Shown here piece by piece: positions 19,090-29,239 of a DNA stretch of 64,000 bases. Each line of letters begins with the position of its first letter. The first letter of the stretch is position 1. The notes beneath the pieces were generated by a model. That model worked only from the letters and a program-made list of their open reading frames with translations, had not been told where the DNA came from and did not search any database. The position numbers and the translations under genes are program-made. The stretch is from Phycisphaerae bacterium. Lineage in GTDB: Bacteria; Planctomycetota; Phycisphaerae; UBA1845. The stretch lies in the NCBI GenBank assembly GCA_963666835.2, contig CAXXGO010000003.1:544001-608000 (forward strand). The letters are read 5' to 3'.

Positions 19090-20286
19090 TTACGACACCA
19101 CCTTGGCAATTCGCTCAACCGCCCAGTCAATATCATCCCGCGTAATGCACAACGGCGGAGCGAGACGCATGGTTTGCTCGTGCGTATCCTTGCACAGCAT
19201 ACCCTCGGCCTTCAGCTTCTCGCAGAAGTCCCGAGCCACGCCCGCCTCCGGGTGGAATTCAATCCCGAACCACAAGCCCCGTCCCCGGATCTCCTTGATC
19301 TTGTCTGTCTTGATCGCACGGAGTTTGCCCATCAGATACTCGCCGAGTTCCTTGGCGTTATCCTGGTATTTGTTGCTCTTGAGAATTTCGACGACCTTCC
19401 GGGCGACCGCACAAGCCAGAGGATTGCCGCCGAAGGTACTGCCATGACTCCCCGGGGTGAACACACTAAGTATGTCGCGAGATGAAACTACCGCGGAGAT
19501 CGGCATGATCCCGCCGCCCAGGGCTTTGCCCAAAATGTACATGTCCGGTTTGACGTCCTCGGTGTCGCAGCAGAAGGTCGCCCCACATCGCCCCAGACCG
19601 GCCTGAATCTCGTCGGCGATTAACAGGATGTTCTTCTCGGTGCATAACGTTCGCACTTGCTGCAGATAACCCGGCGGCGGCATGATGATCCCGGCCTCGC
19701 CCTGAATCGGCTCAACCAGAAACGCCACCGTATTGTCGTCGATCGCGTTGCGCAGGGCTTCGATATCACCGTATTCGACAATCTCGAATCCCGGCGTGAA
19801 CGGCCCGAACCCCTCGCGGCAGACCGGGTCCGTGCTGAAGCTGATGATCGTCGTGGTCCGCCCGTGGAAGTTGTCGCCGCAGCAGATCACTTTCGCCTGA
19901 TTCGCCGGGACCCCCTTCTTCTGGTACCCCCATCTCCGGGCGGTCTTGATCGCGGTCTCCACCCCTTCCGCGCCGGTGTTCATCGGCAGTACCATCTCCA
20001 TCCCGCACAGGGCCGCCAGCTCCCGGCACATCGGGCCGAGCTGATCGTTGTGAAAGGCCCGGGAGGTCAGGGTTACGCGGTCGAGCTGCAATCGAGCGGC
20101 CTCGATCAGCTCCTCGTGACCGTGCCCGAAGTTAACCGCCGAATAGGCCGCCAGCATGTCCATGTACCGGTTCCCGTCGACGTCCTCGACCCAGACCCCC
20201 TTGGCCTTGGAAACCACTACCGGCAGCGGGTGGTAATTGTGAGCGGCACACTCTTCGACCAACTCAATATGCTGCGACCCCGTCAT
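19090..20286 (-). CDS. rocD: Ornithine--oxo-acid aminotransferase
   Basis: AHNYHPLPVV, YSAVNFGH, LTSRAF, MNTGAEGVETAIK, EPIQGEAG, DEIQAG, LGKALGGG, HGSTFGGNPL; ATG 20286 with AAGGAG RBS. Confidence 0.95.
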   Translation of the reverse strand: MTGSQHIELVEECAAHNYHPLPVVVSKAKGVWVEDVDGNRYMDMLAAYSAVNFGHGHEELIEAARLQLDRVTLTSRAFHNDQLGPMCRELAALCGMEMVLPMNTGAEGVETAIKTARRWGYQKKGVPANQAKVICCGDNFHGRTTTIISFSTDPVCREGFGPFTPGFEIVEYGDIEALRNAIDDNTVAFLVEPIQGEAGIIMPPPGYLQQVRTLCTEKNILLIADEIQAGLGRCGATFCCDTEDVKPDMYILGKALGGGIMPISAVVSSRDILSVFTPGSHGSTFGGNPLACAVARKVVEILKSNKYQDNAKELGEYLMGKLRAIKTDKIKEIRGRGLWFGIEFHPEAGVARDFCEKLKAEGMLCKDTHEQTMRLAPPLCITRDDIDWAVERIAKVVS

Positions 20287-20756
20287 TGCGACCTGCTCCT
20301 TCTGAGCCTGCGAATTCATCAAGAACCGTCCTTTCGTTCCGAAGCTTCTCACCGCCGGTGGCCGGCTACCCGATACGCCCGGGCCGGTCGCTCGGGCAGA
20401 CCTCAACGCTCCCGACACCCCCGAAACACCAGCAAGCGGCGGGAGTATACTCAACCCGGAACAGCCTAATCAAGCAGCCGAAAGCTCGGAAAACACTGCG
20501 AACCGAGCTACCCCCTCCTATCGCGTTTAAACCCTGATATGAACCCTGAAAGCCGCTGGATTCCCCCAAAAAAAGGCCGCTGGGGCCGTGATCTTCGCGA
20601 CGCCGGAGTCGTCTTCCCGACCGCCGGGCACGTCCACACCGGGTACCGTAGGTCGAGCCCGACCTACTTGCCTGGACCTACGTCAGCGGCGGCGTTCTTC
20701 GTGGTCGCAAGGAGCGTAATCGGGGGTGAGTCTGTCCGGAGATGTTCCACGCCGAT

Positions 20757-20828
20757 AGCCGACACAGGGAGTCGAACCCTGAACCTCAGCTTTACGAAAG
20801 CTGTGCTCTACCATTGAGCTATGTCGGC
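20757..20828 (-). tRNA. tRNA-Thr (anticodon CGT); CCA not encoded
   Basis: GCCGACA-TAGCTCAATGGTAGAGC-A-CAGCT-TTCGTAA-AGCTG-AGGTT-CAGGG-TTCGACT-CCCTG-TGTCGGC-T folds as a canonical cloverleaf. Confidence 0.96.
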
Positions 20829-20968
20829 AGCTACCCGAACTGCTGCTGCAAATCATGCATCAACAATCGCGGGCTGCACCGGTGCGGGCCACCAGCACCA
20901 AGTGACGGCTTCGCACTTGCCGCCATTTGTAGTAGTTTGCGCGCCTACGTCAATAGATCGGCAGCAGA

Positions 20969-21253
20969 TCACGTACGCTCCAGAGCGTATCGACTGACCC
21001 GATCGTACGTGGTGGCCAGGAAACCGACCAGGGGAAACCCCCCGCGCGGGAACGGGGACGGTCCCAACTGTTCGAGAAGTGCCAGCGAAGCGTCGGGCGG
21101 CTCGATTTTCACCTTAACGGTATCGAACTCGGGACCGGTCCGGGCGAAACGATCGAGCAAGTTTGCCGGCGGAGGCGAAGTCGGGTAGATCGTCGGCACG
21201 ATCTTCAAAGACGGCGGCATCTCATCGACGGTCTTGGGTGCGCGGTTCATCAT
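20969..21253 (-). CDS. Small hypothetical protein (94 aa) translationally coupled to the SNF2 helicase
   Basis: ATG overlaps the helicase stop (TGATG); PPDASLALLEQLGPSPF...LATTYDRVS resembles the C-terminal end of SWIM-finger partners of SNF2 helicases. Confidence 0.65.
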   Translation of the reverse strand: MMNRAPKTVDEMPPSLKIVPTIYPTSPPPANLLDRFARTGPEFDTVKVKIEPPDASLALLEQLGPSPFPRGGFPLVGFLATTYDRVSRYALERT

Positions 21254-24200
21254 CAATCCTCCGCCACAGCTTCGCGAGACAAGGCAAACAGGTCGCGAAG
21301 AGCCTCGGTCGATAGTCCTGTGATCCAATCTTCGCCGGTTCCGATGATGTTCTTGGCTAAGCTGCGTTTCCGCTCAATAACGGCGCTGATTCGCTCCTCC
21401 AGCGTACCGATGCAGACGAACTTGTGAACTTGAACTTGCTTATCCTGCCCGATCCGATGGGCGCGATCCGTGGCTTGATCCTCCACGGCCGGGTTCCACC
21501 AGCGATCGTAGTGGAACACGTGATTCGCCGCCGTGAGGTTGAGCCCGACTCCGCCCGTCTTCAAAGACAGCAGGAAGACGGGGATGCTCTTACCCTCGGA
21601 CTGGAAGCGATCGACCATTTCCACCCGCGCCGCCTGGGGGGTCCCGCCGTGCATGAACGGGACATCCAACCCGAGCACGCTTTGAAGGTGCTGCTGGAGC
21701 AACCGGCCCATAACGCGGAACTGAGTGAACACCAAAGCGCGGTGTCCCTCGGCCAGAACCTCTTCGAGCATCTCGGTTACTCGATCGCACTTGCCGCTAC
21801 GATGCGGGAGCGGGCTATCATCCGCCAGGAAATGGGCGGGGTGGTTGCAGATCTGTTTGAGCTTGACGAGCGTGGCCAGAATCAACCCGCGTCGCTGAAT
21901 TCCGCCGGCTAAGTCGATCTGACCGAGCATCTCCCCTACGAGAGCTTCATAGAGCCCTGCCTGCTCACGGGTCAGGTTGCAGTAGACGATCATCTCGAGC
22001 TTCTCCGGCAGATCTACTGCGACCTTGGGGTCATCCTTCACACGGCGAAGCACGAGCGGGCGGATCAGATGCCGCAAACGTCGAGCCCGGTCCTCGTCGT
22101 GGTGACGCTCTACGGGCACGGCGAAGCGGCGTCGGAAATCGGAGGCGGTACCGAGATAGCCGGGATTCAGAAAGTCCATAATAGACCACAGCTCACTCAG
22201 ATGATTCTCGAGGGGGGTACCTGTTATTGCCACGCGCGTGATGCTGTTCAGCGCCCGGACGGCCATCGCCTGCTTGGCTGCCGAGTTTTTGATGTTCTGC
22301 GCCTCGTCGAGAGCAAGACGATGCCAGTCGACGCGGGCAAGGTGTTGAAGGTCGCGATGGGCGAGGCCGTACGTGCTTATGACAACGTCGTGGCGGCGGG
22401 CTTCCGCCGCAAAATCGTCACCGGTCAAGCGTTCCAGACCGTGGTGAACCATAACCTTCAAGGACGGAGCGAAGCGGGCGATCTCCCGCTGCCAGTTGCC
22501 CACCAGGGACATCGGTACGACCAGCAGGGTCGGACCCGGAGGATCCCCTTCCTCGCGTTCGTGCAGCCACAGCGCAATCATCTGAATGGTCTTTCCCAGC
22601 CCCATGTCATCTGCGAGGCACGCTCCCAACCCATGCCGCCCGAGAAAGCTCATCCACTGCAACCCGCTCAGTTGGTACGGGCGGAGGGTCCCGTGGAATT
22701 CCGTCGGAGGCGGGATGTGCTCGAGATGCTCCTCCATCTGCGATGCGTTGAGCAAACGCTCGATCCACCCATGGGCGTTCAGCCCGCCGACGGTCAGACC
22801 GGTATCCAGATCGTCCGCCGCATAACTCAAACGCAATGCTTCGAAGACGGTCATGCGCCCGCTCTGGTGGTTATCCAGAAAGCGCAGCGCGGCTTGCACA
22901 TCGGCAGCCTGAACCTCCGTCCAGTGTCCGCGCAAACGGACCAACGGGGCCTTGGTTTCGCTCAGCGATCTCAACTCGTCCAGCGAGAGTTCCTCTTCTC
23001 CCAGCGCGACTCGCCAGTCATAGGAAATCAACGCATCCAGCCCAATATTAGAGCTAACCGCCGCGGCCGAGTCCCCGAGCGGACGAATATCCAACTGCAT
23101 TCTGAGTCGCGGACGATCCTCATGCCACCATTGCGGCACCCAGACTCCGAATCCTTCCGCTCGAAGAACCGGAGCGGCATCACGGAGAAACAGATACGTT
23201 TCTTCGAGCGTCAGACGGCACTGAAGCGGACCGTCGGGCTCGGCACAGGGCTCCAACGGCGTGAAATGGCGGGCCGCCCGGGCAAGATCCGCCCGGAGCT
23301 GCTCGCGGGCGCGGGCAAACGGGCGTTTCAGGATGGCGGGGCCCTTGTGGTCTTCGTCCCACAGACGGGCAGCTTCGAGAATCTGCCGAGAATCCTCTGT
23401 GGCCTGAACGTGGAGGGTCAACCGCCATGGGCGCTCCGGATCCGTGTCTTCATTGGCTGCGGCGGGAGACTCCCGATACAACCGAAAGCACGTTCGACAT
23501 CGCAGCTCATCCGGAGGGGACTCCAGACCCGCCAGCCAGGACTGTACGGCCAGCACGACCGTTCGGCACTCTTCCGGTGTTCCCTCCATGACAGGGTCCG
23601 CACGTACCAAGGCGCGAAGCCATCGTATTTCGGAAGTGCGTGCCTCATCGGAGCGATCTTGCAAGGCATGAGCCAGCTCGTCCCCCTCCAAACAGCGCCG
23701 AACCAGCGCATCCACCGCCGTCCACAGGAAGTTCTCTACCAGAGTCGAAGCCTGAACGGGGGTATCGTCCACCGGGAATGACCGGCAAACCGGTGGCATG
23801 GAGACGATCAATGCCCGCAGCCGCTCAGAAGTTTCTGCATCATCTACAACAACGCGCCAATAGCCTCGATACTGCCCTCCGCCCGCATGCACCGCCGGCA
23901 CAAACCGCTGCTTACCCAGTAGCTCCAACGCCAACTGGGCGACCCGACACCAGTAGCGCAGCGAGTCGCCGGCCATTAGATCTTCGCGGGGTAAGACCGG
24001 TGCTGCGGCCAGCAAATCGACCGCGTCCGCGGGTCCGAATGTCAAAGTCGGGACGTCGAACGTCCGCAGGACGGCCCCCTCCGGCACCGCCTCAAACAGC
24101 GACACCGGATCGAGGTCAAGATGAGGCAAGTCCAGCGATAAGTGCGTTTCGCCGGCACCAAAGATCAGCAGGCTGTCCCAAAGGTCGCCGAGACTCCCGC

Positions 24201-24378
24201 GCAGCTCATCATGAGAGACCACCGCCAACTTAGCCGGACCACAACCCCCGCCGGTTTCTTGCGCGGGCTCATCCGTAGATTCCGTAGCCTGCGGAAAGAC
24301 GTGTTCGCCCCAGAGGTGCAAAGTTGCGTCAGCCCAGACAGCTTGCAGTGCGATCATAAACGGTTCGCTTCCTGCCAT
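21253..24378 (-). CDS. SNF2-family helicase/ATPase (DUF3670-type N-terminus)
   Basis: LRPYQ, LADDMGLGKT, DEAQNIKN, TGTPLEN, FTQF, SLKTGGVGLNL, DRWWNPAVEDQATDRAHRIGQ; start approximate. Confidence 0.95.
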   Translation of the reverse strand: MAGSEPFMIALQAVWADATLHLWGEHVFPQATESTDEPAQETGGGCGPAKLAVVSHDELRGSLGDLWDSLLIFGAGETHLSLDLPHLDLDPVSLFEAVPEGAVLRTFDVPTLTFGPADAVDLLAAAPVLPREDLMAGDSLRYWCRVAQLALELLGKQRFVPAVHAGGGQYRGYWRVVVDDAETSERLRALIVSMPPVCRSFPVDDTPVQASTLVENFLWTAVDALVRRCLEGDELAHALQDRSDEARTSEIRWLRALVRADPVMEGTPEECRTVVLAVQSWLAGLESPPDELRCRTCFRLYRESPAAANEDTDPERPWRLTLHVQATEDSRQILEAARLWDEDHKGPAILKRPFARAREQLRADLARAARHFTPLEPCAEPDGPLQCRLTLEETYLFLRDAAPVLRAEGFGVWVPQWWHEDRPRLRMQLDIRPLGDSAAAVSSNIGLDALISYDWRVALGEEELSLDELRSLSETKAPLVRLRGHWTEVQAADVQAALRFLDNHQSGRMTVFEALRLSYAADDLDTGLTVGGLNAHGWIERLLNASQMEEHLEHIPPPTEFHGTLRPYQLSGLQWMSFLGRHGLGACLADDMGLGKTIQMIALWLHEREEGDPPGPTLLVVPMSLVGNWQREIARFAPSLKVMVHHGLERLTGDDFAAEARRHDVVISTYGLAHRDLQHLARVDWHRLALDEAQNIKNSAAKQAMAVRALNSITRVAITGTPLENHLSELWSIMDFLNPGYLGTASDFRRRFAVPVERHHDEDRARRLRHLIRPLVLRRVKDDPKVAVDLPEKLEMIVYCNLTREQAGLYEALVGEMLGQIDLAGGIQRRGLILATLVKLKQICNHPAHFLADDSPLPHRSGKCDRVTEMLEEVLAEGHRALVFTQFRVMGRLLQQHLQSVLGLDVPFMHGGTPQAARVEMVDRFQSEGKSIPVFLLSLKTGGVGLNLTAANHVFHYDRWWNPAVEDQATDRAHRIGQDKQVQVHKFVCIGTLEERISAVIERKRSLAKNIIGTGEDWITGLSTEALRDLFALSREAVAED

Positions 24379-24531
24379 GAGCCGGTCGACATCGGACTGC
24401 CGCCGTGAGTGCGCCCCGCACATGAGGCGACCCGCTTTCGTTCGCCCCCGAATCCCGGCAACTTCCCCCCAGCCTGTTGAGCCCGGTGGGTCCGCCGGCA
24501 ACGCGGTCGCAACCGGATGGCCCGCGGACGA

Positions 24532-25152
24532 TCAACGCTCGGAATCGGCGGGCACTATTTCGAAATCGATGCGATACGGCCAGTCGCCCTCGACATCGTT
24601 AACTTCGAACCGGACGATAAGCAACGACCCGCACGAGAAGTCTACCCCCAGCAGAGCCTCGAAGGGCGCAGCGAAGCCGCTGCTCTGCGGCTCGGCGGAG
24701 TCGTCATCCCCGTCCTCACCACCGATCTGAAAGAACTCAACGCCCTCCACCAAGGCGTCATCTCGCATCGTTACGTCCGTGAGGTTCTCTTCCATGAGCC
24801 GCAGTAGTTCCGGGCTCCCTATGCCGAACACTCGAGCACACGCGACGAAGCTCTCGTCTTCGTCCGATGCAAGAGAACTTTCGCTGTTGCCATCGAGGTG
24901 GCGAGCCGAGTCGCCCAAGCCAAACTGCGCGAAGTCGGGTCCGGAGAGCTGATCGGTCTGATCGTACGCACCATAGGTGAAGACCGCGCGGTCCGGCGTA
25001 TTGTTGATGAACAGTACGCGAACGCTCCCCCGCTCCCCCGCCGAGTCCCCGCCAAGGGTGGCCGTCTGATTGAGGAATAACTCGCCGCACCCACCGGCCA
25101 GCGGCAGGAACAGACCCGTGAGTATCGTTGTCAACAGCCGCCGTCTCATCAT
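24532..25152 (-). CDS. Hypothetical lipoprotein
   Basis: Basic N-terminus, hydrophobic stretch and lipobox LAGGC; acidic mature domain. Confidence 0.75.
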   Translation of the reverse strand: MMRRRLLTTILTGLFLPLAGGCGELFLNQTATLGGDSAGERGSVRVLFINNTPDRAVFTYGAYDQTDQLSGPDFAQFGLGDSARHLDGNSESSLASDEDESFVACARVFGIGSPELLRLMEENLTDVTMRDDALVEGVEFFQIGGEDGDDDSAEPQSSGFAAPFEALLGVDFSCGSLLIVRFEVNDVEGDWPYRIDFEIVPADSER

Positions 25153-25330
25153 CCGCTGCAATCCTTTGAAACTGGGGCGAACGTCCCGCTCCGTATTCTA
25201 TCGGGCGGAACTCGCACGATGCGCCCGCCCATGTCCATCGACCGCCACGGCAACACGGCTTGAGTCTAGAGGATCTGGACGCCCTCGCAAGCGCCTTGAG
25301 CGACTTGTGCTGCGATCGACGACCGAATCC

Positions 25331-26140
25331 TCAGGATCGGCGGCTGCGAAGTTCTTCGATGTCTACGATGAAGACCTTCCGGAACAAGGCATCCGTGTAC
25401 ACGACGAAGTCCACGTGGCCTGCCCACATCCCCTGAGGGCTGGGATCATCGTAAGTAAACGGGAGATAGACCGGTTCTCCGACCGGCTCGAGGTTCTCCA
25501 CGTCGTACGCCTGGTGATAGAAGCGTTCCAATCTGGGACCGCCCCAACTCTGCATCGTCTCAAAGTCGTCTTGCATGCGATGGGCTGAGAGAATCGCAAC
25601 GAACTTCTCCTTCGTCTCCATCGACATTGCCATGTGGACGATCTCGGTCCCCACCGTCGGCACTTCGTGTCGTCCGAACCCCAGCTTACCCGAGGACCAA
25701 CTGACGTGGAGCCGCGACGGCACCCGTCGGACCTGCTGCAGGTCCCAAGTCCTCGGGCCGGTTGCGGCAAACCACGCTCGAAGGTCGACCACCTCGAGCT
25801 CAATAGGGTCCTCGACCGGATCGTACCGGTAAATCACCTCGTCGCTGTCAAGGTCCGGATCGAGAGTTTCTGCGCCGAACAGCTCGTTCATGCCCTCGTC
25901 CGTCGGGCGCTTGCGAAGGAGCACTACCCGGCTATCCTCGCTCTCCGTTGCCACCTGCAGCATGCCGCCTTCGCCAGCCCAAGCCGGAGTCTCGTATCGC
26001 TTCAGGGCGATGTGGTCAATCTTGTCCCGCTTGCAACCGGCCGTTACCGTAAGCAACATAGCGGCAACGACGCCTGTTAGAATGAACAGCTTCCCCACGG
26101 AGGCACCTCCCATTCTCATACGTTGATCTTCCGCGATCAT
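25331..26140 (-). CDS. Hypothetical lipoprotein
   Basis: LFILTGVVAAMLLTVTAGC lipobox; GC-biased codon usage; start uncertain. Confidence 0.7.
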   Translation of the reverse strand: MIAEDQRMRMGGASVGKLFILTGVVAAMLLTVTAGCKRDKIDHIALKRYETPAWAGEGGMLQVATESEDSRVVLLRKRPTDEGMNELFGAETLDPDLDSDEVIYRYDPVEDPIELEVVDLRAWFAATGPRTWDLQQVRRVPSRLHVSWSSGKLGFGRHEVPTVGTEIVHMAMSMETKEKFVAILSAHRMQDDFETMQSWGGPRLERFYHQAYDVENLEPVGEPVYLPFTYDDPSPQGMWAGHVDFVVYTDALFRKVFIVDIEELRSRRS

Positions 26141-26314
26141 CCTAAGCCCAACAGAATCTTGAGATAGGACCGCTGCGCGCGTGCGGCGCGAACATCAGGA
26201 AGCGGCCCCCGACACTCGAAGACCATACTAGCTCGATTGTCGAGATTATGAAAGAGGTTCGGGTCTTCGGCGATGCCGCACGTCGAGAACGACGGCAGAC
26301 CGCCGGGATTCTCG

Positions 26315-29239
26315 CTACACAACCTGCATAGCGGCTACTACGTTATCTCGCGAGGCGCGGCGCGCCGGGAGAAGACCGGCAACGAGACATGTCGCCACAG
26401 TCAATCCGATACCGATCGCAACGCTCCCGTATGGGATAATGAACTCCGGATAGAACCCTATTAGACCCGCGGTTATCCGATTATCGCTGAATGCCTCATG
26501 TAGGCCCAATGCCAGACCGGTCACGGCCCCCAGCAACCCTAGGGTAGCCGCCTCTGCCAGCACTAAGCGGATGACCTGAGATCTGAGGGCTCCAACAGCG
26601 CGAAGGACCGCAATCTGGCGGGCTCGAATATGCACGCTCACCATCATCAGATTCCCAATACCGATCGCAGCAACAGGCAGAAGAAGTGATGGCAACCACG
26701 TCAACACGAGCACTGCTCTGCGGATACTCCGATCAACATGCTGTTTCAGGCGACGGACAGACCCGGCAATTGCGTCAGGTCGTTCGATCTCCTGTGATAT
26801 CCGGGCAAGCGTGAGTCGTTCACGCAGCACGAGCCAGTTCTCATCTGCAGACCGGCGTCCCCACGTCCACCTGACATATCGCACCGCTTGGCCAAAACGA
26901 CGGAGGTCCGGAACGACCTCAGGCGGAACCGGCGTCCCTGTTTCGCTTTGCACCCAGCGGTCGATATGTTCCCGGGCCTCTTCCAAACGGCCGCGTTCAT
27001 TGGGCAGATGCTCGCCCCACCGAAGCAACGTGCGGGCGAGCGCTGGCTCGTCTACCGGATCAGGCAGGTCCTCGAAATCGAAATCGTCGGGGCGAGCGGC
27101 GTCGGGCAGGTCCAGATCGCAGAGGAACATCGAGGCCACATCCAAGGAGAATCTCTTCCGCAGATCGGCATTGGTCCCCAACATCGCGCTGGCTGCGGCG
27201 AATTGCATGTAACTCTCCGCCTGGAACGCCGTAACGGCCAGATCCAGCGCCGGAGACTGCACGACGCCGGCAATCTCGAACTGTGCCGCCAGCCCGCGTA
27301 CCGTAATGGTCACTTTGTCTCCCGCGTGCAGTCCTTTGCTTCGCGAGGTCTGCACGGGAATCAGAATATGGCCTCCGCGCGCGAGCTTTGCCTTGGCGTC
27401 CGCCGAATCCCCCTCGATGAAGCTCACTTTGAAGATCCTGAAGATCGCCTCGGGGTCGGCGGCAACAAACACCGGTCTGGTGACGCGTTGCACCAGTTTC
27501 TTCATCAGCTTGTCGGTCACGGACTGTTCCGGAGCATCCGGGTTCGCGATTTGGCAATCGACGTCGGTCACCACCGTTACGCTCTTCACTCCGGGTAGTT
27601 GCCGGACTCTTTCGATTGCGTCACCGGGAACGTACTGCGGCGACCACACGAAGGCCTCCGGGAGCCTGCCCGGGAAGTCCCAGACTGCGAGCATTGCTTC
27701 CGAACCGATCCCCAGGTACACGATGAGCGAAAGGGCCACCATGAGCACCCAGCACACTCCGGTGCATCGCCACGGCGCCCGCCCGAACTGATCGCACGCC
27801 AACTCCGGGCGTATACCGAGAAGCGGTCCCACCAATCGCGAAACCGGCGCGCCCAGCAGGCCCACCAGCGCGGGCGTCAGCAGGATGTACCCCAGATACA
27901 ATGACGTGACCCCGACGGTCGCAAACGAAGCCCCCAACCACTGAGTCTGGTCCGGATCGCGGACGATGCCTTCATGTACTAAGAGAAACCCGATCCCGAA
28001 GACACCGGAAAGGTATAGTCCGGCCTTCCGCGGCGCCCGAATGTCCGGATTCAAAGCTGCCAGGGGCGTCACCCGGCAGACCTGAAACAGCAAGAACGCC
28101 GTGCTGACCAGAGTCGTCAGAATGCCACTCGCGACCGCAAGCTGCACCCCCCACTTGCTCGCTACGATGGGCGCATGCCCGCTTGGCAGGCACACCGAGC
28201 AGAACTCGGTGACCGCCATGCCCAGCAGAACGCCGAGGACCGTACCGAACAGCCCCAGGGGGATCATCTCGATCGACAACAGCCAGGCCAATTGACCGCG
28301 CGTGCTCCCCACGCACCGCAGCACTCCCATGGACCTTCGACGTTCGAAGAGGCTCATGCTCATTGTCGTGAGAATGATGAAGAAGGAAGTGAGCAGAGCA
28401 ACAAAAGCCGTCAGAGAGAGCAGAATACGGCTAATCCGCTCCGCTTCGTCGAGCACTTGTTGGCGCGCTGCGGCCGATACAATGCGGCAGTGCCCAACAC
28501 CCGCCTTTTCAGCCAGCAGCTTCTCCAATTCTGTCTGCGTTTGCGCCAGGCTATTCGGCGAAGAGTCCTCCAGCATTATGTCAATGACCGACACCGCATT
28601 GGGGGCCAGCGCCAGCTCCTGAACATCTGCGATTGCCATGTACACGCTGGGCTTCTGAAACTCGGCAACTCTGCGGTCATCGAAGAGCCCGACGACCGAC
28701 ACAACCATAGCGGAACGATCCGGCGCGCCGGATATGCCTATCCGGCTTCCCAACTCCACTCCCCAGCTAGCCGCAACGGCTTTGGCGATCACCGCTACTT
28801 TTCGTTCAGCGGATGCAATAGGTCGGCCGATCAACCCGGGCAAATCGAGAAACGGCTGCTCCGTACCGGGGTCGATTCCAATAGCGTCAACGGCCTGCCG
28901 GTTCGTCTCGACTACGCGATCCGCGTCCTCGGCCGGCATCACTCGCATGCGGCGGCGCAGGCGCGACGTCACATGCCGCACGTTGTCAAGTTGGGATATT
29001 GGATCGACCAAAGAGGCGTCGAGGGCGCCCCAGTGAGCCCCCGGAGGATGAACCGTCAAATGTGCCGCCCCGAGCCATCGATTGACCACCTCATAGCGAA
29101 TCGCTCGCCGGGCCGTCTCGTAGAAGTTGGCGATTGTGACGACCGTGGCTACGCCCATTCCCACGGATATCACCGCAGCAAGAGCTCTCCCCGGGCTAGT
29201 CCGCCAGTTCCGCGTAGCAAGCTGCCACGTGCGCCGCAT
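26315..29239 (-). CDS. ABC transporter permease, FtsX/MacB-like, duplicated
   Basis: Two FtsX halves: ERRRSMGVLRCVG and RARQIAVLRAVGALRSQV...LAEA; PARRA near the C-terminus. Confidence 0.92.
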   Translation of the reverse strand: MRRTWQLATRNWRTSPGRALAAVISVGMGVATVVTIANFYETARRAIRYEVVNRWLGAAHLTVHPPGAHWGALDASLVDPISQLDNVRHVTSRLRRRMRVMPAEDADRVVETNRQAVDAIGIDPGTEQPFLDLPGLIGRPIASAERKVAVIAKAVAASWGVELGSRIGISGAPDRSAMVVSVVGLFDDRRVAEFQKPSVYMAIADVQELALAPNAVSVIDIMLEDSSPNSLAQTQTELEKLLAEKAGVGHCRIVSAAARQQVLDEAERISRILLSLTAFVALLTSFFIILTTMSMSLFERRRSMGVLRCVGSTRGQLAWLLSIEMIPLGLFGTVLGVLLGMAVTEFCSVCLPSGHAPIVASKWGVQLAVASGILTTLVSTAFLLFQVCRVTPLAALNPDIRAPRKAGLYLSGVFGIGFLLVHEGIVRDPDQTQWLGASFATVGVTSLYLGYILLTPALVGLLGAPVSRLVGPLLGIRPELACDQFGRAPWRCTGVCWVLMVALSLIVYLGIGSEAMLAVWDFPGRLPEAFVWSPQYVPGDAIERVRQLPGVKSVTVVTDVDCQIANPDAPEQSVTDKLMKKLVQRVTRPVFVAADPEAIFRIFKVSFIEGDSADAKAKLARGGHILIPVQTSRSKGLHAGDKVTITVRGLAAQFEIAGVVQSPALDLAVTAFQAESYMQFAAASAMLGTNADLRKRFSLDVASMFLCDLDLPDAARPDDFDFEDLPDPVDEPALARTLLRWGEHLPNERGRLEEAREHIDRWVQSETGTPVPPEVVPDLRRFGQAVRYVRWTWGRRSADENWLVLRERLTLARISQEIERPDAIAGSVRRLKQHVDRSIRRAVLVLTWLPSLLLPVAAIGIGNLMMVSVHIRARQIAVLRAVGALRSQVIRLVLAEAATLGLLGAVTGLALGLHEAFSDNRITAGLIGFYPEFIIPYGSVAIGIGLTVATCLVAGLLPARRASRDNVVAAMQVV

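Noticed and set aside
20757..20828. tRNA-Thr as the integration site of an island
   Set aside because: No integrase, and I found no duplicated tRNA 3' end in the window
22069..23781. Long antisense ORFs (e.g. 22069..23781, 36128..37651, 15250..16680)
   Set aside because: They lie opposite well-supported genes in a high-GC genome and carry no recognisable motifs
21253..24378. SNF2 helicase as part of an anti-phage system (e.g. DISARM, Zorya)
   Set aside because: No methylase, nuclease or other defence genes adjacent; it looks like the common DUF3670-type housekeeping SNF2
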